Shown here: piece by piece, positions 22,598 through 32,284 of the stretch | How positions within the stretch are numbered: the stretch's first letter is position 1 | How the letters are laid out: each line of letters starts with the position of its first letter | Assembly (NCBI GenBank): GCA_963721685.1 | Contig: CAVRJJ010000005.1 | Coordinates: 103,943 to 167,942, forward strand | Direction of reading: 5' to 3' | Length of the DNA stretch: 64,000 nucleotides | From: an uncultured bacterium | Lineage (GTDB): Bacteria > Patescibacteriota > Saccharimonadia > UBA4664 > SCTI01 | Made by a program: the position numbers and the translations under genes | The notes under the pieces: generated by a model | Told to the model about the DNA's origin: nothing | The model's database searches: none | What the model saw: the letters and a program-made list of their open reading frames with translations, nothing else

Positions 22598-22628
22598 GTC
22601 TGGTGGAGCCACCGGGAATTGAACCCGG
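22598..22628 (-). repeat. duplicated 3' half (T-arm + acceptor + CCA) of the tRNA-like RNA
   Basis: GTCTGGTGGAGCCACCGGGAATTGAACCCGG vs 21621 GTCTGGTGGAGGCACCGGGAATCGAACCCGG (2 mismatches). Confidence 0.85.
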
Positions 22629-22657
22629 AAAAGTGCATATGTTGCTACAATTAAGTT

Positions 22658-23404
22658 GTGAGTAATATTTTCCATCCAACCAGTTTTAACAACATTTCCG
22701 GATTAACCGTTGCCCTAAGCCTGCGTGACCAGGCGCAGCCCGGCGAATTTAGCATGCTGCCAACCAACACCACCATGGATGTTGTCATGGCTAACCGAAA
22801 ACAGTTCGCAGAAACACTTGGCTTTAAGGAAACGAGTCTTATACGAGCTAATCAAGACCATACCAATCTAGTGGAGGAAGTTACCGACGCCTATCCTACA
22901 ACGGATCCGCCCCAGGCCGACGCCTTAATTTCTAAGACTCCTGGATGGCTCATCGGCGTCACTATTGCCGACTGTGTCGGGCTGGCACTGTATGATCCGG
23001 TGAATTCCGCCCTTGGCATCGTCCATTCGGGCCGCAAAGGGACGATTGGTCGTATCGCTTCCAACACGATCCACAAAATGCAAGAATCGTACGGTACTGA
23101 TCCTGCAGAACTCCTCGTGTATCTTTCACCCTGCCCAAACCCCGACGAATATCCGATTGACCTCGATACCGCCAAAGCTTGCGACCCCCGCTACCTATCC
23201 CCTACTTCCAACCCCAATGAGGTTTATTATGACAACCGCCTAGCGGTTTATGACCAACTAATTGAAGAAGGGGTTGCTCCTGAACATATTGAAATCGATG
23301 AACGCTCAACTATAAGTAACCCCCAGCTCCACTCTTATCGTCGTGACGGGGATAAAGCCGGGCGAATGATGCTCGCGATCGGTTTAAAAAATGAAAAGTT
23401 TTAA
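22658..23404 (-). other. (antisense shadow of the + strand YfiH gene; no feature on this strand)
   Basis: Minus-strand ORF 22891-23175 lies wholly within the + strand gene and has no motifs. Confidence 0.1.
22658..23404 (+). CDS. pgeF: YfiH/PgeF family (laccase-domain) protein
   Basis: NQDH, ADALIS, IADCVG, HSGRKG, SYRR, GRM. Confidence 0.88.
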   Translation: MSNIFHPTSFNNISGLTVALSLRDQAQPGEFSMLPTNTTMDVVMANRKQFAETLGFKETSLIRANQDHTNLVEEVTDAYPTTDPPQADALISKTPGWLIGVTIADCVGLALYDPVNSALGIVHSGRKGTIGRIASNTIHKMQESYGTDPAELLVYLSPCPNPDEYPIDLDTAKACDPRYLSPTSNPNEVYYDNRLAVYDQLIEEGVAPEHIEIDERSTISNPQLHSYRRDGDKAGRMMLAIGLKNEKF

Positions 23405-23549
23405 TAATTGCTGGTAAACGGACCAGAACACAAACACGTGGGGGCGGAGCTCGTCGCTCCGCCCCCAGTGTCACTCCAACCCACGCGGGCCTACGTGGGT
23501 TATGACTGGCGTGAATCGCCGGTCAGTTTGGTTTAGGCGCGGCAGGCGC

Positions 23550-23783
23550 CTAGGTGATCAGCGTGTCGCCACCGAGGTCGGGCGCGTCGCCGAGGGCGTC
23601 GTCGATGATGTCGTCGTCGGCCGCGTTCGAGGTGACCCGGAGGAAGCCGCCGTCGGGCGTGATGGGCAAGCCGGCCTCGAGGTGATGGCAGTGCGCGCCG
23701 CGCGTGTCGCGGTCGATCTCGTGCGCGATGCCGTCGCCGAGGGTGAGGCCATAGTCCTTCGGCGGTGCCAGAATTCCCAGCAT
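23550..23783 (-). CDS. GC-rich acidic orphan peptide (77 aa), unit A
   Basis: GAGGAG SD before ATG 23783; very high GC3; the longer ORF-track call runs through the non-coding leader. Confidence 0.65.
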   Translation of the reverse strand: MLGILAPPKDYGLTLGDGIAHEIDRDTRGAHCHHLEAGLPITPDGGFLRVTSNAADDDIIDDALGDAPDLGGDTLIT

Positions 23784-23895
23784 GATCCTGCTCCTCTTCT
23801 TGCGATGAATAGCAACGCTTAACGATCCCGTCAGCTTATCAGATGCTCCGATAGCTTCATTGGTCGTTTGGTGGTCGATCCTCGAATACGTTGCT

Positions 23896-24048
23896 GTAAC
23901 CCGAGCAAAAAATAACCATATAAAATGGTGAACTTTTGCTCGGGTTACGACGTTGTGTTCTGGTCTGTCAAAGAAATAATCGTAATTTGCAATATGCATA
24001 ACCACAACTACTGGTAATAAAGTATATAATTCATTTTCGAAATGTCAA
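23896..24048 (-). promoter_or_regulatory. sigma70 promoter + conserved structured leader (copy A)
   Basis: TTGACA-16-TATACT; hairpin; TTCTTTGACAGACCAGAACAC; GTAACCCGAGCAAAA...TTTTGCTCGGGTTAC stem. Confidence 0.8.
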
Positions 24049-24146
24049 CAAAAAGCACCGACACTTCATTTTTGTCTTGACTACTGCGTATCCTGATAGC
24101 AACCGATCAAACGATAGGCGCAGGCAAGTGAAGAACGTATTTGTGA

Positions 24147-25169
24147 CTAGCCCAGTTCTTTCTTTAGCTTTTCAACAAGCTCAACGGGGGTTGGATCAAT
24201 CTGATTGAGAAATGCCAGATAGGTCGCCACGAAATCCCCCAGCAAAACCGACCATAGCATTTGCTGTAACTTGGTTTCGCCTTGCGCCTCAACTACAATG
24301 GGTGCCGGCATAATACCGGAAAGCAAACGGTTAGAAACTTCAAAACGTTTTTTAACCCGGTCATTATCCAGGCTTGAATGCAACTGCACCACCGCCATGC
24401 CGCTGTCTTTGGGATGATACCAACCTATAAACTCATTGTGGTTAAATTCGGGAAAGGCATTCACAAATGCCTGGTTCTTGGCGTTTTCATTAAAATCGAT
24501 TTTCCACTTTACCGCTGGCATGGCCAGGGTTGGGCCGCCATACATAACAATGGGATGGCCCACCAGTTTTTTGGCAATTTGCTTGGCGGCGTTATCGGCT
24601 TCGGCCACATTGGGCAGAAAATACGACGCCTCGTGCAATACCCATTCAGCGCTGGTTTCAAGCTCTTCCGTTATACCCTTAACCAAGCCAAGCTCTTCAA
24701 GTAATGTTGCCAGGGCCTTTACGCCGTAAAAGACAGCCATGCGCGGCTGGATGCCGCTGGGAATTTTAATTACTGGAAACGCTTCCCCCTGTTCGGCTAG
24801 CTTGCCGCCCGCTGTCATGATAATTACACCGGCGCCGGTCGTCTTTGCCTGCTCAAAGCAAGACAGGGTTTCCTCGGTATTACCAGAATAACTGGATACA
24901 ATTACCAGCGTTTGGTCATTTACGTATTTGGGCAAGGTGTAATCCCGGACGATCTCAATGGGTATAGTTAAGCGATCTGACAGCCAGTGACGGATGAATT
25001 CGGCAGCAATAGCCGATCCGCCCATACCCGCCAAAACAATCTTATCAAGACCTTCAACCTCGGGCACATCAAATTGGTACTGTTCCCTTAGTTGCTCCCC
25101 TTCGCTGGCCACTACGGTAAGTAAGTCGCTGTGATCAAACTGGTGGATATATTTTGAGTCGTCTAGCAC
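24147..25169 (-). CDS. bifunctional phosphoglucose/phosphomannose isomerase
   Basis: AGMGGSAI, SSYSGNTEETL, QPRMA, NENAK, PEFNHNE, DPTPV. Confidence 0.93.
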   Translation of the reverse strand: MLDDSKYIHQFDHSDLLTVVASEGEQLREQYQFDVPEVEGLDKIVLAGMGGSAIAAEFIRHWLSDRLTIPIEIVRDYTLPKYVNDQTLVIVSSYSGNTEETLSCFEQAKTTGAGVIIMTAGGKLAEQGEAFPVIKIPSGIQPRMAVFYGVKALATLLEELGLVKGITEELETSAEWVLHEASYFLPNVAEADNAAKQIAKKLVGHPIVMYGGPTLAMPAVKWKIDFNENAKNQAFVNAFPEFNHNEFIGWYHPKDSGMAVVQLHSSLDNDRVKKRFEVSNRLLSGIMPAPIVVEAQGETKLQQMLWSVLLGDFVATYLAFLNQIDPTPVELVEKLKKELG

Positions 25170-25551
25170 GTATGCCTCCGCTTAGTATCCTCGTATTGTA
25201 GCTTCTAGGCGCAGAGGAGTCGAATAATTGCTGAGTGTGACACATCAGAACATAGGAGACGCGGGCGGGGGCCGTCCAAAGCCCCCGCCTTGTGAATGCG
25301 CCTCTGGCACCGATCCAGAGGTAGGCGATAGGATCGGCATCAGCTGTGCCGCAGGTGCGGCAGAAACTACGGAAGATCCAGCGAACGGCAACTGAGGCCG
25401 ACGGGAGGGGAAACGACCCCAGCCACCGTTCGCTTTACAGGGCTTGACCTTCTCCAACGCGCGACTCCCTGAGTGACGCGCGGTATGCACGCGGTAGACA
25501 GCTAAATGTCACTGCCAAAGCCGCGTACGTTTGAGCGCCGAGGCGCGGCGC

Positions 25552-25704
25552 CTAGATCTGATTCGAACTGCCACCGCCGGATCGCTTCGAGGTGGAGACC
25601 ATCCCCGGAAGGTTCACGACCTTGCCGGTTGTGGACCTGATCGGCAGGCCAGGAGGCGGCATGCCGAACGGAACCTTCTCGGTCCCCCGATGTCGTGTCG
25701 TCAT
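25552..25704 (-). CDS. GC-rich 50-aa peptide, unit B second ORF
   Basis: AGGAG SD, ATGA overlap with the upstream stop: MTTRHRGTEKVPFGMPPPGLPIRSTTGKVVNLPGMVSTSKRSGGGSSNQI. Confidence 0.5.
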   Translation of the reverse strand: MTTRHRGTEKVPFGMPPPGLPIRSTTGKVVNLPGMVSTSKRSGGGSSNQI

Positions 25705-25868
25705 TTGACGCTCCTGATGGGCGCGCTGTTGCGCTGTCGGAGGTACCTCGTCGGACTGACCGCCGTCGACGATGTCGAGACCACGCTGTACGTAGTGGTC
25801 GGCCGCAACACGGCGACCGGAGTGGTACTGGGGCCCGCTGCAGACGAGCCGTTGGTATGGCCATTCAT
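25701..25868 (-). CDS. GC-rich Ser/Thr-rich 55-aa peptide, unit B first ORF
   Basis: GAGGGG SD before ATG 25868: MNGHTNGSSAAGPSTTPVAVLRPTTTYSVV... Confidence 0.5.
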   Translation of the reverse strand: MNGHTNGSSAAGPSTTPVAVLRPTTTYSVVSTSSTAVSPTRYLRQRNSAPIRSVK

Positions 25869-26052
25869 CGATGAATCCCCTCTTCTAGCTGCGCGAAGAC
25901 AGTGGCTGCCAAGCCACGAGACAACATTCCGTGATCCATCCTTGCAATCAAAGACGCTTGTCTCATCCGTAGATATATCGCGCATATATCCCGAACAGCT
26001 AACCGCCAATATAAATTAGAAGCTGGCTGTCCGGGACAAAAACCGAAATTCG

Positions 26053-26142
26053 CTATGTTCTGATGTGTCAAAGAATGTCGCGAATACTTATAAATAACCG
26101 CAACTGGTAAGACATTGTAGTTATACTTGCCAGAAGCGTCAA
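26053..26142 (-). promoter_or_regulatory. sigma70 promoter + conserved leader (copy B)
   Basis: TTGACG-17-TACAAT; GTTGCG..CGCGAC hairpin; TTCTTTGACACATCAGAACATAG. Confidence 0.8.
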
Positions 26143-26263
26143 CCCAGCAAGCCGTTGCGGGCTCTGCACCTTTAACCTGGCCGCTTTGTCAAAAAGCTCA
26201 TAAAAGCGAATAATTGCTGTTAGAACAGGCTTGAACACAATAGCAGGCATAGCGAGGTGGACA

Positions 26264-26739
26264 TAGTCGACATGGTGGCGGGCCGAAGCCCGCCACCGGT
26301 CGAGTTGAAGGGCTAGATGCCCGGTTGCGGGTCACTCCACTTGCTGTATCGCTGGCCGACGATGCGGTACTCGATGACTCCGTTCACATACACCGGCTTC
26401 TTCTCGACGTAGTAGACGCAGTCCAGCGTCGTGATCTTCCAGCGCTGCCAGTCGACGCGCTTGCAGGCCCCGTAAGGCACATTCGTGGCGTTTGAAACGC
26501 CCCATGCCTGGACGACTGCATCTTGAGCTTCAAGGCATGTCGGCATCGCGGGGTGATCGATCTTGGCCGCGATGTTGAAGAACACCGCAGTCGGACTCGG
26601 AGACCAACAGGGGTTCCAGTCTGGGTCGCACTCGCCCCTTGTTCCGTAGTCGTTGTAGTCAGGTTGCACCTGGCTGACCGGCGTGCTCGCACCAGCCACT
26701 GGCCACGGCGAGTTAATCGGTTGCGCGTCGTAGTAGTAG
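26264..26739. repeat. 476-bp exact direct repeat, copy 1 (copy 2 at 27880-28355)
   Basis: Identical by eye, including the downstream GGTGGCGGGC-CGAA-GCCCGCCACC hairpin; offset 1616 bp. Confidence 0.92.
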
Positions 26740-27602
26740 TCGACATAGGTTGCCGCCCCATCATCAAGATCCATGATCTTGATTTGGGCCCGCTGCTGTA
26801 CGGGGCCCCGCCCGTAGGTGTCCAGCGCCGGGTCATAGGCGTTGGGGTAGTGGTAGTAGATCGGGAACGGCGTCGAACCTTGGAGTTGGAAATCCTGGTA
26901 GTAGCCGTCGCCAGAGTGAATCCGAATCCGCCGACCCACACCATTGTCTGTGTTGGCCGTCCGCGGGACGTTGATGATCAACTCTGCCCGAATGAGCTTG
27001 TTCGAAGTACCCGTCGGGTGAGTCAATCCACTAGTCGTCGATTCCGTGTGGCTCCTTGTTGAAAACGAGGAAGACACAAGCTTGTCTTCCTTTGCCACGT
27101 AATACCCGCCTTGGAAGGAATCGATTACAGTCGATCTCGTATACGGAGACGTCGGTACAGGAGCCAAAGCCGAGGTTTGGCTCCCCCCGTATTGCGAAAC
27201 GTATGGAGCGCTGGCATTTGCGCGTGCGCGCGACTCAGCAGTGGAACTTCCTGGAGCTCCAAGCATGCCTTGTCCCGCTGCTTCTACTGCGCGACGGGCT
27301 GTGTCACCCCGAATTGACTGCTTTGAAGGGCAAGCCGATCCAGTTGTTTTGATGACGGTGATGACCCACTTGGTGCCGTCCCACTGAGCACGCAGGTAGA
27401 CATAAACGTCGCATTGCTGCCCGCTCGAGCAGAAGATGAGCTTCGTGGTTGGCGTAGCCGGATTTGCCGAGACAATGCAGTAGTGCGGCAAGCCCGTCAC
27501 CGGGTCCGGAATGTGGAAGGCGGCACTCGCTGGCGACGGCGCAACTGCCATTGCCACGGACACTACGATGGCGGCTGCCAACGTAGTAAATAGTCTTTGC
27601 AT
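26313..27602 (-). CDS. secreted Cys-containing protein, paralog 1 (unit C)
   Basis: Signal peptide ending APSPASA; GAGGAG SD; C-terminus identical to the 27929 gene. Confidence 0.85.
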   Translation of the reverse strand: MQRLFTTLAAAIVVSVAMAVAPSPASAAFHIPDPVTGLPHYCIVSANPATPTTKLIFCSSGQQCDVYVYLRAQWDGTKWVITVIKTTGSACPSKQSIRGDTARRAVEAAGQGMLGAPGSSTAESRARANASAPYVSQYGGSQTSALAPVPTSPYTRSTVIDSFQGGYYVAKEDKLVSSSFSTRSHTESTTSGLTHPTGTSNKLIRAELIINVPRTANTDNGVGRRIRIHSGDGYYQDFQLQGSTPFPIYYHYPNAYDPALDTYGRGPVQQRAQIKIMDLDDGAATYVDYYYDAQPINSPWPVAGASTPVSQVQPDYNDYGTRGECDPDWNPCWSPSPTAVFFNIAAKIDHPAMPTCLEAQDAVVQAWGVSNATNVPYGACKRVDWQRWKITTLDCVYYVEKKPVYVNGVIEYRIVGQRYSKWSDPQPGI

Positions 27603-27658
27603 CTGATGCTCCTCACATGTAGCTGGGCAGTGAAAGGCAATTACCTCGTTCTCGAGCT

Positions 27659-27820
27659 CACTGCTGTAACCCGAGAAAAAGCTTGCAATAGATTATCTAC
27701 AAACTCATTTTCGGGTTACAGCAGTGTTCTGATCTGTCAAAGAAAATGCCGTAATCAAACCTAATAGGAGCAACTACGACAAGTGTAGGGATTCTAATGC
27801 TTACTGTTGCACTTCGTCAA
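27659..27820 (-). promoter_or_regulatory. sigma70 promoter + conserved leader (copy C)
   Basis: TTGACG-18-TAGAAT; GTCGTAGTT..GATTACGGC hairpin; TTCTTTGACAGATCAGAACAC; CTGTAACCCGA..TCGGGTTACAG stem. Confidence 0.8.
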
Positions 27821-27928
27821 TAGCGCCAATTTAAATAATTGCATTTGAAACGGATCAGAAGACTTTTAACTTGAGTTGTTAGTCGACATGGTGGCGGGCC
27901 GAAGCCCGCCACCGGTCGAGTTGAAGGG

Positions 27929-29254
27929 CTAGATGCCCGGTTGCGGGTCACTCCACTTGCTGTATCGCTGGCCGACGATGCGGTACTCGATGACTCCGTT
28001 CACATACACCGGCTTCTTCTCGACGTAGTAGACGCAGTCCAGCGTCGTGATCTTCCAGCGCTGCCAGTCGACGCGCTTGCAGGCCCCGTAAGGCACATTC
28101 GTGGCGTTTGAAACGCCCCATGCCTGGACGACTGCATCTTGAGCTTCAAGGCATGTCGGCATCGCGGGGTGATCGATCTTGGCCGCGATGTTGAAGAACA
28201 CCGCAGTCGGACTCGGAGACCAACAGGGGTTCCAGTCTGGGTCGCACTCGCCCCTTGTTCCGTAGTCGTTGTAGTCAGGTTGCACCTGGCTGACCGGCGT
28301 GCTCGCACCAGCCACTGGCCACGGCGAGTTAATCGGTTGCGCGTCGTAGTAGTAGAACGCGTAGGACACGCTCCTGTCGTCGAGATCCTCAATCTTCAGA
28401 ACCGCATGCTGCTGTACGGGGCCCCGCCCGTAGGTGTCCAGCGCCGGGTCATAGGCGTTGGGGTAGTGGTAGTAGATCGGGAACGGCGTGGTGGTCGATA
28501 TGAACATGTCCACGTGCGAGCCGTCGCCGGCGGAGATCCTGATGCGCCGGCCGTTGATGTTGGTACGCGGCACATTGACTACGAGCCCCGCCTCCATCAC
28601 CTTGTTCGAAGTACCCGTCGGCTGCTTGAGCACAGCGGTCTCGGCGTGATTTCTTGGCGTGATCCCGCCCGTTGATCCGCCCTTTGCCCGGATGGTTCCA
28701 CCGTCGAAACTTTCGATAGCGGTGAACGGCCGTGCATATGGCGCCGGGGGTGTCTGGCTGGTCGACCATGTCGGATTTGAAGCGGTCAGATATGGGGCCG
28801 TCCCCTTCGCCCTTGCAGACGCCGCCGGCCCCCAGCCTGGCGGCGGAGGATTCGCTCCACCGGGATCACCCAACATCCCCTTGCCAGCCTGTTCGACGGC
28901 TCGCTTTCCCTTGGCCGCGCGTTGCGCTCGCCTGGCCGGGGTCGCACCTACCGCCGTCGATTCCGTCACGACCCACTTGCCGTTGATGAACTCAGCGCGC
29001 ATCCAGATGGAGACGCTGCTGCGCGTCCCGTCGACGCAGTGCACAACGGCTACGCGCGGCCCTTCGCCCCGATCGATGACGACGCAGGTCAACTCCTCTC
29101 CCGTTTCCGGGTCGGTGATGATGTAGGCCTCAATCCCTTCGCCACCGGGAATGAAGATGGGGCCGTTCGCGCTTGCTGGTGACGGCGAGAACGCCATGGC
29201 CAGCATCGCGGCAACGGTTACGCATAGAGCCATCCGACGTTTTCTCATTTTCAT
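27929..29254 (-). CDS. secreted Cys-containing protein, paralog 2 (unit D)
   Basis: AAGGGAG SD before ATG 29254; MKMRKRRMALCVTVAAMLAMAFSPSPASA signal peptide. Confidence 0.85.
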   Translation of the reverse strand: MKMRKRRMALCVTVAAMLAMAFSPSPASANGPIFIPGGEGIEAYIITDPETGEELTCVVIDRGEGPRVAVVHCVDGTRSSVSIWMRAEFINGKWVVTESTAVGATPARRAQRAAKGKRAVEQAGKGMLGDPGGANPPPPGWGPAASARAKGTAPYLTASNPTWSTSQTPPAPYARPFTAIESFDGGTIRAKGGSTGGITPRNHAETAVLKQPTGTSNKVMEAGLVVNVPRTNINGRRIRISAGDGSHVDMFISTTTPFPIYYHYPNAYDPALDTYGRGPVQQHAVLKIEDLDDRSVSYAFYYYDAQPINSPWPVAGASTPVSQVQPDYNDYGTRGECDPDWNPCWSPSPTAVFFNIAAKIDHPAMPTCLEAQDAVVQAWGVSNATNVPYGACKRVDWQRWKITTLDCVYYVEKKPVYVNGVIEYRIVGQRYSKWSDPQPGI

Positions 29255-29317
29255 GAGAATGCTCCCTTGGTTGCTGGTAACAGTGTATGGTGAATCTTTA
29301 TCGACCTCAGGTCCACT

Positions 29318-29487
29318 GCGTAACCCGAGCAAAAAACCACCAAAAAAGTATGGTGGACTTGTGCCCCGGGTTACGCCCGGTAAATTTATGTGTCCTAACC
29401 TGTCAAAGAAACTAGTCGTAATTAGAGAAAAAGCTCTAATTGCGGCCACATGGTATTAGATTCTATAATGAATTTTTAATTTGTCAA
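29318..29487 (-). promoter_or_regulatory. sigma70 promoter + conserved leader (copy D)
   Basis: TTGACA-16-TAGAAT; AATTAGAG..CTCTAATT hairpin; TTCTTTGACAGGTTAGGACAC; GCGTAACCCG..CGGGTTACGC stem. Confidence 0.8.
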
Positions 29488-29500
29488 TATATGTTCAGCC

Positions 29501-29532
29501 AGCAGAAAGAGCCTACTATAGCTCTTTCTGCT
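29501..29532. terminator. terminator after groEL
   Basis: AGCAGAAAGAGC...GCTCTTTCTGCT inverted repeat. Confidence 0.7.
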
Positions 29533-29558
29533 CAATATCAATTATCCTGTTCTGAGCT

Positions 29559-31232
<1,674 letters not shown>

Positions 31233-31256
31233 TCAGGTTTAGATTGTAAAAAAATG

Positions 31257-31524
31257 TTACTTGCTTTTGGCAATTGCCAACACGTCTTCTTCTTTAATAA
31301 TCAGCATGTCCTGGCCATCAACACGTAATGGTGTCCGGTCCGTACTGCTTATAGACCACTTGGTCGCCAACTTTCACTTCCTTCACTTCCTTGCCCACGG
31401 CAATAACTTCGCCCATTTGAGGCTTTTCTTTGGCGCTATCCGGCACATAAAACCCGCTGCTGGTTTTATCCTGAGCCTCTAACGGCTTGGCAACTACACG
31501 GTCAGCTAATGGCTGTAACGTCAT
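31257..31524 (-). CDS. groS: co-chaperonin GroES (one frameshift near 31322)
   Basis: LQPLADRVV..KEKPQMGEVIAVG; the C-terminus DGQDMLIIKEEDVLAIAKSK is in an adjacent frame; span is 268 bp. Confidence 0.92.
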
Positions 31525-31566
31525 TTGGTAACTCCTCCATTTATCGCAATTATCATTTAGTCTAAT

Positions 31567-31627
31567 TTAGCACTCACATGCCTAGACTGCTAGTAGCTAT
31601 CTTAGCGAGAGGATTTTTGCCTGTCAA
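31567..31627 (-). promoter_or_regulatory. CIRCE (HrcA operator) and groESL promoter
   Basis: TTAGCACTC-N9-GACTGCTAG at 31567-31593; TTGACA-17-TAAGAT. Confidence 0.88.
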
Positions 31628-31646
31628 CAGCCTAAATGGAGAATCT

Positions 31647-32284
31647 TTAGGAGGATTTAACCCGTTCAAGAATAAACTTAATGACGTCTTCAACATTCCG
31701 GTGGGTGGTGTCGATTACCGTGGCATCTTCAGCTTGCTTGAAGGTTCCAACTTTTTTGGCGGCGTCGGCGGCATCCCGTTCAAGCAAAGAGGTGACGGTT
31801 TCATGGCCGCGGCCACCGGCGTTTACCCGCCGCACCCGCTCTTCAGGGTCGCACGTGAAATGAAACTTGTAGGGCGTATCGGGAAATACCCGGGTAGTTA
31901 TATCGCGCCCTTCCATAACTACACCATTTTCATTGGCGTAGTTACGCTGTAACGATAAAATTTGGTCGCGCACCTGCCGGATGGCTGGACACCACGGCAA
32001 CCTGGTTGTTGACATCTTCCAGATGAAGCTTGCCGCGGACATCTTGCCCGTTGACGGTTACTACGTTACCGCCGTCAAACTTAAACTTGATGGCTTTGGC
32101 GATTTCCAAATTTCCCTTGGCATCCTGGGGGTCAATGCCGGCCTGTAAACAAGCAAATGTAATGCCGCGGTAGAGTTCACCGGTGTTTAAATGCGGAAGA
32201 TTAAGTTTTTCGGCAACACCCCGAGCTACGGTGGAAGTTCCGGTTCCGGCTCCGCCGTCTATCGCGATAATCAGTCTTCGTCAT
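31647..32284 (-). CDS. cmk: cytidylate kinase (apparent frameshifts near start and ~31975)
   Basis: IIAIDGGAGTGTSTVA, LNTGELYR, VVMEGRDITTRVFPD, ERD..D, IDTT. Confidence 0.85.

Noticed and set aside
23784-24005. N-terminal extensions of the ORF-track calls 23550..24005 and 27929..29449
   Set aside because: They run through the conserved non-coding leader; SD sites and the GC shift place the starts at 23783 and 29254.
26264-28489. Diversity-generating retroelement TR/VR pair
   Set aside because: Shared blocks are identical rather than adenine-specifically mutated, both copies are full genes, and there is no reverse transcriptase in the window.
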